Shown here piece by piece: positions 57,340 to 64,000 of a DNA stretch of 64,000 nt (position 1 is the first letter of the stretch; every line of letters begins with the position of its first letter). This stretch comes from an uncultured Comamonas sp. Its GTDB lineage: Bacteria; Pseudomonadota; Gammaproteobacteria; Burkholderiales; Burkholderiaceae_C. The stretch spans positions 2,445 through 66,444 of the forward strand of contig CABIIJ010000060.1 of assembly GCA_902175065.1 (NCBI GenBank). The letters are read 5' to 3'. The notes beneath the pieces are model-generated. The model was not told the DNA's origin and ran no database searches. It saw nothing but the letters and a program-made list of their open reading frames with translations. Both the position numbers and the translations under genes were made by a program.

Positions 57340-59682
57340 TTAGAAGCGGGCGTTCAGACTAATCCAGAAGCTGCGGGCCTTGTCCTTGTTGTTGTAGTCA
57401 TCGGTGTAGACGGGGGTGTATGTCCCATTGCCGTTGTCATCGAATCTGGTGCGGTAGCTGGTGAACTTCTTATCCAGCAGGTTATTGACCCGCCCCGTCA
57501 GCGTCAGGTTCTTGGACAGCGCATAGCTCGCGCCCAGGTGCAGTACGTTGTAGCCTTTGTAATACAGGAATTCGTTCGTGACGGCATCCGTGCCACGGAA
57601 ACGCTTGGAGCGGAATTCTGCCGTCAGGAACGAATTGAATTTGGAATTGACCTGCCAGTCCAAAGTCACGTTCGCCATATGTTTGGCCATATTGGTCAAA
57701 GGCTGACCGGCCGACTTGCCAGATTTCTTCTCGCTATCGGTCCAGGTGTAGTTGCCGCGCACAGCAAAAGCCGATGTGAGCTGATAACGCCCGGCCAACT
57801 CCAGCCCATGAATGGTGGCGCGATCCACGTTGGTCTTCTGGCTGTAGGTGGTATAGCCCAAATCACCGTAGCCGCCCAGGTTCACGCAAGGGCGTGCCCC
57901 ACCCGTCGCATCGCACGTCTGGGCTACGTCACCGCTTTCGATCTTGTCCTTGAAACGGGTATTGAAGATGGTGGCATTGAAGCTGTGCCGATCCGGGTGA
58001 TTCCAGTACACGGCCACTTCGCTGTTCACGCTGGTCTCGGGCTTGAGGTCGGGGTTGCCAGCCCAGGGAGAAACACCCTGGCCGCCGAAACCGATGATGC
58101 CGTCATACAAATCCGTGGTCTTGGGCGTTTTGTAGCCGGTGCTGACGCCGCCCTTGAATGTCCACTGCGGGTTCAGCGTGTACACACCATAAACACGGGG
58201 CGAGACGTGGCTGCCAAACATATTGTGGTGGTCGTAACGCAAGCCGGTGGTCAAGGTGAACGCCTCGTTGGGCATCCAGTTGTTCTCGGCAAACAACGAG
58301 TACATCTTGAATGCCTGCTTGGCCCCTGCGCTATTGCCTTCCAGGCCAAAAACGCCATCGGTCAGATTACCGTCGATATATTGGCCACCCACGACCAGCA
58401 TGTGATCGCCACCCCAGCCTTTCAGGGGAATATCAAACTTGGCATCCAGGGTGTACTGGCTGCTTTCCAACGTGCGCAGCGGACGCGGCAGGAATGTGGC
58501 CTCGGCCAGCGCTTTGCGGTCGGCAACACTCATGCCGGCGTAGGCACCGGTGCCGTCGTACATCTGCTGCAAGTCTTTGCGCTCATCGGGAGAAAACGGC
58601 AAGGAACGGCCATTGTTGCTTGTCTCCACGTAGGAAAGCGCCACATAGCTGCGCCCGAAGTCCCAATCGCCTTCATGCGTCAAAGCCCAACTGTCACGCT
58701 CGAATTTTTGCTGCGCTGTATAGCCCACCCGTGGCTCCACCCTGGTGCCAGCGTTGTTCGTGCGCCAAACGGAAGCAATACCGTCCAGCGTGCCAAGCTG
58801 TGCTTCGCTGTTGTCGTATTTCTGGCGCGAGATGTCGTAGTCCAGGGTCACGCTTTGCCGGGCATCGGGTTTGAACGAGAGGCTGAACCCCAGTGACTTG
58901 TTCTGGTTCTCGACCGTACGCCCGCCGCCGCCAAATCCCAAAGTACGGACATGGGTTGTTCCAGCAGGATCGGTAACGGGAGCGTATTCAGGATCAGAGG
59001 GGTCTTTGTCATAGAAACTGCCACGAATCGCCAAACCCCAACGATCGGACAACGGCCCACGCAGATCAAAGTCCACCGTGGTTTCATCGCCAAACTGGCT
59101 GTCTTGCTGGAAACTGCGGCCCAAGGTGGCTGATCCTGTCCATTTGTCAGTCACTTTCTTGGTGATGATGTTGATCACCCCGCCCATGGCATCCGCCCCA
59201 TACAAGGTGGAAGCCGGGCCGCGAATCACCTCGATGCGTTCGATCGCATCCAGCGGTGGAATATGGTTGAACTGGTTGCCGGAGAAGCTGTTGGGATAGA
59301 TGTCGCCGTGGTTGCTCTGGCGTTTGCCATTGACCAAGATCAGCGTGTAATCGGCTCCCATACCACGCAAGCTGATGGTCTTCTGCCCGGTCTTATCGGA
59401 AGTCTCGCCAATGTCCACCCCTTCCAGATCACGCACGGCATCAATCAGGCTGGTGTAGGGGCGCTTGGCGAGTTCCTCTTTGGAGATCACCGAAATACTG
59501 GCCGGTGCATCGGTGATCTTCTGCTCAAACCCCGCTGCCGACACCACCACTTCCGACAGGGTGGTGGTGGCCACCTCCTGGGCGCTGACCGAGGCGCAAG
59601 CCGCTGCGGCGGCCAGTGCCAGCAACGTAGGGGCCAGCTTCGGAGCGCGAACGCTATGGCCGGGGGGGGTGCGGTGGGACAT
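57340..59682 (-). CDS. TonB-dependent outer membrane receptor (CirA/IrgA/FepA-like)
   Basis: Signal peptide, EVVVSAAGFEQKITDAPASISVI, IERIEVIRGPASTLYGADAMGGVINIITKK, C-terminal Phe. Confidence 0.95.
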   Translation of the reverse strand: MSHRTPPGHSVRAPKLAPTLLALAAAAACASVSAQEVATTTLSEVVVSAAGFEQKITDAPASISVISKEELAKRPYTSLIDAVRDLEGVDIGETSDKTGQKTISLRGMGADYTLILVNGKRQSNHGDIYPNSFSGNQFNHIPPLDAIERIEVIRGPASTLYGADAMGGVINIITKKVTDKWTGSATLGRSFQQDSQFGDETTVDFDLRGPLSDRWGLAIRGSFYDKDPSDPEYAPVTDPAGTTHVRTLGFGGGGRTVENQNKSLGFSLSFKPDARQSVTLDYDISRQKYDNSEAQLGTLDGIASVWRTNNAGTRVEPRVGYTAQQKFERDSWALTHEGDWDFGRSYVALSYVETSNNGRSLPFSPDERKDLQQMYDGTGAYAGMSVADRKALAEATFLPRPLRTLESSQYTLDAKFDIPLKGWGGDHMLVVGGQYIDGNLTDGVFGLEGNSAGAKQAFKMYSLFAENNWMPNEAFTLTTGLRYDHHNMFGSHVSPRVYGVYTLNPQWTFKGGVSTGYKTPKTTDLYDGIIGFGGQGVSPWAGNPDLKPETSVNSEVAVYWNHPDRHSFNATIFNTRFKDKIESGDVAQTCDATGGARPCVNLGGYGDLGYTTYSQKTNVDRATIHGLELAGRYQLTSAFAVRGNYTWTDSEKKSGKSAGQPLTNMAKHMANVTLDWQVNSKFNSFLTAEFRSKRFRGTDAVTNEFLYYKGYNVLHLGASYALSKNLTLTGRVNNLLDKKFTSYRTRFDDNGNGTYTPVYTDDYNNKDKARSFWISLNARF

Positions 59683-59836
59683 GAAAACTCCTCCAAAGGC
59701 CGATAAAGGCCCTCTCTGTTAGTTAAGAAATGAATCGCTTTATGGCAGCAGCGGCAGGGCCGCCTGAGTGCTGGGCTGCACCCGTCTCCACCCAGGGTTT
59801 CCCCGGCATGGACGCCAACGGGAGTGGATTATTACG

Positions 59837-59866
59837 ATAAGCAACATCAATCATTCTTATTTGCAT
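59837..59866. promoter_or_regulatory. Fur-box-like site upstream of the iron receptor
   Basis: Minus strand GCAAATAAGAATGATTGATG; only about 10/19 to the classical Fur consensus. Confidence 0.5.
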
Positions 59867-59986
59867 AATAAAACGGGTTGTTTGTTGGTAAACCGCCACA
59901 ACGCCCGGTGGGCTTTCTTGATCCACTGCAAATTTGCGCCCTCCTTCTCAGGGGAGTTTGGGAAAACCCTCGCCATAATCGCGCCC

Positions 59987-60412
59987 ATGCTTGAGCGCCT
60001 GCGCCGTCACCACCGCCTCCAGACCTTGGTGCTGGGGCTGTTTGCCGCGCTCTGGCTGGTGGCCCTGACCTCCGGCGCCCAGATACGGATGGTGCTGCCC
60101 CTGCTGGGCCATGCCGCCGCGACCAGCACCAGCATGGCCGACATGGGCTACTGCGGCATGGCCCCGCAGGCCAGCGAGCTGATGGCCTGGCTGGGAGAGG
60201 ATGCCGCCCCCGACGACCACAGCGCCAGCGCCCACACCCCGGCCTGTCTGCTGTGCATCGCCTTGGCCGCGCCGGGGCAAGTGCGCTCCACGCTGTACCG
60301 CCCGCCCCTGCTGGCGGGCCTGCGCCTGCCGGGCAACCCCGGTGCCGCGCCCCGGGGCTGGCTGGCCCAGGCCCCGCTGCCCGCGCGGGGGCCACCACTG
60401 CTCCACGGTTGA
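59987..60412 (+). CDS. DUF2946 family protein (CruR-like upstream ORF)
   Basis: TM segment, ADMGYCG, HTPACLLC (CxxC), terminal PARGPP. Confidence 0.82.
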   Translation: MLERLRRHHRLQTLVLGLFAALWLVALTSGAQIRMVLPLLGHAAATSTSMADMGYCGMAPQASELMAWLGEDAAPDDHSASAHTPACLLCIALAAPGQVRSTLYRPPLLAGLRLPGNPGAAPRGWLAQAPLPARGPPLLHG

Positions 60413-60567
60413 AATTCTTGCGCTGATGCGCCCTGGCCCCTGCGTGCAGCCGTGCTGTGCGCAGCGGCAGGCGGCGGCGCGGGCTGCCTGTCTGTGGTCC
60501 TCTTTTTCAACATGCAACGCTTCCCCATGCCCCAATGACGGCAGGGTGGAGCGTGGAGCCATTCCCG

Positions 60568-62553
60568 ATGAAATTCCGTTCCTTTCCCAAAGCCACCCCT
60601 TTGGCGCTGGCGTGCGCCACTCTGTTCGCCCCACTGGCCTACGCACAGGACAGCGCCCCGGTAAAAACGCTGGACGAGGTGCTGGTCACCGCCGTGCACG
60701 ACCATTCGGCCGTCCAAGTGGTCACCGACCCGAAAATCCCCCGCCAGCCCATCCCCGCCAGCGATGCTGCCGATTACCTGAAAACCATCCCCGGCTTTTC
60801 CGCCGTGCGCAGTGGCGGAACGAATGGCGAACCGATATTCCGGGGCCAGTTCGGCTCGCGCCTGCCGCTGCTGACCAATGGCACACAGATGCTGGGTGCC
60901 TGCCCGGGCCGCATGGACACGCCCAGTTCCTACATCGCGCCGGAGACGTTCGACGTGCTCACCCTGGTCAAGGGGCCGCAAACCGTGCTCTGGGGGCCGG
61001 GTGCTTCCGCCGGGGTGGTGCGCTTCGAGCGCGAGCGTCCCGACTTTGCCGCTGGCCCGGTGAACTTCACCGCCAGCGTGCTGGGTGCCAGCGCCGGGCG
61101 CAATGACCAGAACGCCGATCTGGCCGTAGGCAATGACCAGTTCTACGCCCGCGTCAGCGCCAACCATTCGCACGGCCAGGACTACAAGGATGGCGACGGC
61201 AACAGCATCCCCTCCGGCTGGGACAAATGGAATGCCGATGCGGCCCTGGGCTGGACACCCGATGCCGACACCCTGGTGGAATTGAGCGTCGGTGCCGGCG
61301 ACGGCTGGGCACGCTCCGCCGCCCGCGGCATGGACGGTACCCAGTTCCGCCGCGACAGTCTGGGCCTGCGGCTGCAAAAGCAAAACATCACGCCATGGCT
61401 GACCAAGGTGGAGGCCCAGATCTACCGCAATACCGCCGACCATTTGATGGACAACTTCCAGCGCCGCACCCTCTCCCCAGGCAAGATGGCCATGGCCAGC
61501 AACGTCAAGCGCATCGTCACGGGTGGCCGCGTTGCCGCAACCTTGCAACCGACCCCGGCACTGACCGCCGACGTCGGCCTGGACATGCAGCGCAACACGC
61601 ACGAAGGGCGCAGCGGCATGGGCATGAGCTACCTGAACAAGCCGTGGGTGCGCGATGCCAAGTTCGCCAACCTGGGCCTGTTTACCGAGCTGCGCTGGCA
61701 AGCCGCACCCAGCACCCTGTGGGTGGGCGGCCTGCGCCTGGACCGCGCCCAGGCATGGGATTACCGCAACCCGGCCAGCACCGGCAAGCGTGACGAAAGC
61801 GCCCTGCCCAGCGGCTTTGTGCGCTGGGAACAGACACTGGCCAGCGGGGCCACCACCTACGTCGGTCTGGGGCATGTGCAGCGCTTTCCGGATTACTGGG
61901 AGCTGATTTCCGGGAAAGCAGGCAACGTCTTTGCCACACTGGAACCGGAAAAAACCACTCAGTTGGACATCGGAGCGAACTGGAAGGGGGATCACTGGCA
62001 GTTCTGGACCTCCGCCTACGCCGGGATGGTGCGTGACTTCGTTCTGTTTGACTACACCAGCAACCCCAGCAAGGCACGCAATATTGATGCCCGTACCGCC
62101 GGTTTCGAGCTTGGCAGCAGCTACCGGTTCGCACCGGCCTGGACGGCCCAGGCCACCCTGGCCTATAGCTGGGGCCGCAACAGCAGCGATGGCACGGCCC
62201 TGCCGCAAATGCCGCCGCTGGAAGCGCGTCTGGGCCTGGATTACGCCCAGGGCCCGTGGACGGCGGGTGCCCTGTGGCGGCTGGTGGCAGCGCAGCACCG
62301 CTACGCCAAAGACCAGGGCAATGTGGTGGGCCGGGACATGGGGGCCAGCAGCGGCTTTGGCGTGCTGTCCCTGCACGCCAGCTACCGTGTGCAGCCACAG
62401 ATGAAAGTCACCGTGGGCGTGGACAACCTGCTGGACAAAGCCTATACAGAGCACCTGAACCTGGCGGGCAATGCCGGCTTCGGCTTCCCCGGCAATACCC
62501 GGCTGAACGAGCCTGGGCGCACCCTGTGGCTGCGGGCGGATATGCAGTTCTAA
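60568..62553 (+). CDS. TonB-dependent copper receptor (OprC/NosA type)
   Basis: PASDAADYLKTIPGF, GACPGRMDTP (CxxxM), KGPQTVLWGPG, C-terminal Phe. Confidence 0.93.
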   Translation: MKFRSFPKATPLALACATLFAPLAYAQDSAPVKTLDEVLVTAVHDHSAVQVVTDPKIPRQPIPASDAADYLKTIPGFSAVRSGGTNGEPIFRGQFGSRLPLLTNGTQMLGACPGRMDTPSSYIAPETFDVLTLVKGPQTVLWGPGASAGVVRFERERPDFAAGPVNFTASVLGASAGRNDQNADLAVGNDQFYARVSANHSHGQDYKDGDGNSIPSGWDKWNADAALGWTPDADTLVELSVGAGDGWARSAARGMDGTQFRRDSLGLRLQKQNITPWLTKVEAQIYRNTADHLMDNFQRRTLSPGKMAMASNVKRIVTGGRVAATLQPTPALTADVGLDMQRNTHEGRSGMGMSYLNKPWVRDAKFANLGLFTELRWQAAPSTLWVGGLRLDRAQAWDYRNPASTGKRDESALPSGFVRWEQTLASGATTYVGLGHVQRFPDYWELISGKAGNVFATLEPEKTTQLDIGANWKGDHWQFWTSAYAGMVRDFVLFDYTSNPSKARNIDARTAGFELGSSYRFAPAWTAQATLAYSWGRNSSDGTALPQMPPLEARLGLDYAQGPWTAGALWRLVAAQHRYAKDQGNVVGRDMGASSGFGVLSLHASYRVQPQMKVTVGVDNLLDKAYTEHLNLAGNAGFGFPGNTRLNEPGRTLWLRADMQF

Positions 62554-62571
62554 GCCACTGCGGCTTAACGT

Positions 62572-62621
62572 AAAAAGAGCTTGCGGCGCTTATTCGACCA
62601 GCGCTGCAAGCTCTTTTTTTT
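62572..62621. repeat. Short family A variant acting as a probable bidirectional terminator
   Basis: AAAAAG-AGCT-N5-CGCT-N9-AGCG-N5-AGCT-CTTTTTTTT; central module absent. Confidence 0.75.
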
Positions 62622-62632
62622 ATTGATTGATT

Positions 62633-64000
62633 TCAGAAACGCGGCAGATCGGGGTGGCTCATCTTGCCGCCGCGCACCAGCATCTTGCCGTACTCGGCGC
62701 AGCGGTTGAGCGTGGGGATGAGCTTGCCGGGGTTGAGCAGCCCGGCTGGGTCGAAAGCGGCTTTCAGGGCGAACATCTGCGCGTTTTCTTCCACGGTGAA
62801 CTGGACGCACATGCTGTTCAGCTTTTCCACCCCCACCCCGTGCTCGCCGGTGATGGTGCCGCCCATGGCGACGCTGGTTTCCAGAATCTCCGCGCCGAAC
62901 AGCTCGCAGCGGCGCAGCTCGTCGGCGTTGTTGGCATCGAACAGGATCAGCGGGTGCAGGTTGCCGTCGCCCGCGTGGAAGACGTTCACGCAGCGCAGCT
63001 GGTATTTCTTTTCCATCTCCTGGATGGCCAGCAGGATGTCGGCCAGGCGCTTGCGCGGGATGGTCGAGTCCATGCACATGTAGTCGGCGCTGATGCGGCC
63101 GCTGGCGGGGAAGGCGTTCTTGCGCCCGCTCCAGAAGCGCAGGCGCTCTTCCTCGTTGCTGCTCACGGCAATGGCGGTGGCCCCGGCGCCGCGCAGCACT
63201 TCGCTCATGCGGGCGATTTCTTCCTCGACTTCCTCGGGCGTGCCGTCGCTTTCGCACAGCAGGATGGCTTCGGCGCTCAGGTCGTAACCGGCGTGGACGA
63301 AGTCTTCCACGGCAGCGGTCATGGGCTTGTCCATCATCTCCAGCCCCGCCGGGATGATGCCCTGGGCGATGACGGCGGCCACGGCGTCACCGGCTTTGCG
63401 CACGTCGTCGAAGCTGGCCATGATGCAGCGGGCCAGTTGCGGCTTGGGGATGAGTTTGACGGTCACTTCCGTCACCACGGCCAGCATCCCTTCGCTGCCC
63501 ATCATCACGGCCAGCAGGTCGTAGCCGGGAGTGTCCAGCGCCATGCTGCCGAACTCGATGGGTTCACCGGCCACGGTAAAGCCCTGGATTTTCAGGATGT
63601 TGTGCACGGTCAGCCCGTATTTCAGGCAGTGCACGCCGCCGGAGTTTTCCGCCACGTTGCCGCCGATGGTGCAGGCGATCTGGCTGCTCGGGTCGGGGGC
63701 GTAGTACAGGCCGTGGGGGGCCGCCGCATCGCTGATGGCCAGGTTGCGCACGCCGCACTGCACGCGGGCGGTACGGCTGTGCGGGTCGAGGTCGAGGATC
63801 TTGTTGAACTTGGCCAGCGACAGCGTCACGCCCATGGCGTGCGGCATGGCCCCGCCGGACAGGCCGGTGCCCGCGCCGCGTGCCACCACGGGCACCTGCA
63901 GGCGGTGGCAGACCTGGAGCACGGCCTGCACCTGCGCATACGTCTCGGGCAACGCCACGACCAGCGGGCGCTGGCGGTAGGCGGTCAGGCCATCGCATTC
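62633..64000 (-). CDS. glcD: Glycolate oxidase subunit GlcD-like FAD-linked oxidase (5' end outside window)
   Basis: ARGAGTGLSGG, YAPDPSSQIACTIGGNVAENSGG, HAGDGNLHP, TGEHGVGVEK. Confidence 0.92.
   Translation of the reverse strand, partial: ECDGLTAYRQRPLVVALPETYAQVQAVLQVCHRLQVPVVARGAGTGLSGGAMPHAMGVTLSLAKFNKILDLDPHSRTARVQCGVRNLAISDAAAPHGLYYAPDPSSQIACTIGGNVAENSGGVHCLKYGLTVHNILKIQGFTVAGEPIEFGSMALDTPGYDLLAVMMGSEGMLAVVTEVTVKLIPKPQLARCIMASFDDVRKAGDAVAAVIAQGIIPAGLEMMDKPMTAAVEDFVHAGYDLSAEAILLCESDGTPEEVEEEIARMSEVLRGAGATAIAVSSNEEERLRFWSGRKNAFPASGRISADYMCMDSTIPRKRLADILLAIQEMEKKYQLRCVNVFHAGDGNLHPLILFDANNADELRRCELFGAEILETSVAMGGTITGEHGVGVEKLNSMCVQFTVEENAQMFALKAAFDPAGLLNPGKLIPTLNRCAEYGKMLVRGGKMSHPDLPRF

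Overview
GC-rich betaproteobacterial chromosome segment (gene content and order suggest Burkholderiales/Comamonadaceae; inference). The backbone is housekeeping: MCP, dinB, two liv-type ABC operons, lysR-leuC-(entericidin-like)-leuD-leuB, asd-fimV-truA-trpF-trpB-trpA-accD-psd, yggT, lysS, pilT/pilU, yggS, tdh/kbl, putA, two TonB receptors and glcD. No rRNA, tRNA or CRISPR array was seen. Five things stand out. (1) An accessory locus between psd and yggT (about 25.5-34.1 kb) centred on a WYL regulator. Two promoters share the architecture CGACA-N5-TGTCG-N11-TACAGT (DriD/PafBC-like). One precedes a pair of zinc-ribbon membrane proteins; the other precedes WYL, a SHOCT protein, three AT-rich uncharacterised helical proteins (two are paralogues, one with and one without a long Gly-rich hydrophobic hairpin; the third has a possible nuclease-like head) and a YkgJ protein. 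A truncated HEPN-like gene and two stacked TA modules separated by a 17-bp direct repeat follow. This is the best candidate for an undescribed damage- or phage-responsive system. (2) An unannotated Thr/Ile-rich leader peptide with competing hairpins upstream of asd. (3) Eight copies of an intergenic dyad element with near-invariant geometry AGCT-N5-CGCT-N15-TCAR-N12-YTGA-N15-AGCG-N5-AGCT, plus two MITE families with 3-bp target duplications that often coincide with stop codons, and a CGTC-type REP. (4) A class C group II intron with an internally deleted RT, inserted next to a terminator hairpin. (5) A solo AIPR gene island bounded by a 28-bp direct repeat inside an iron-uptake locus. All counts and alignments were made by eye; family assignments come from motif recognition, not from database searches.
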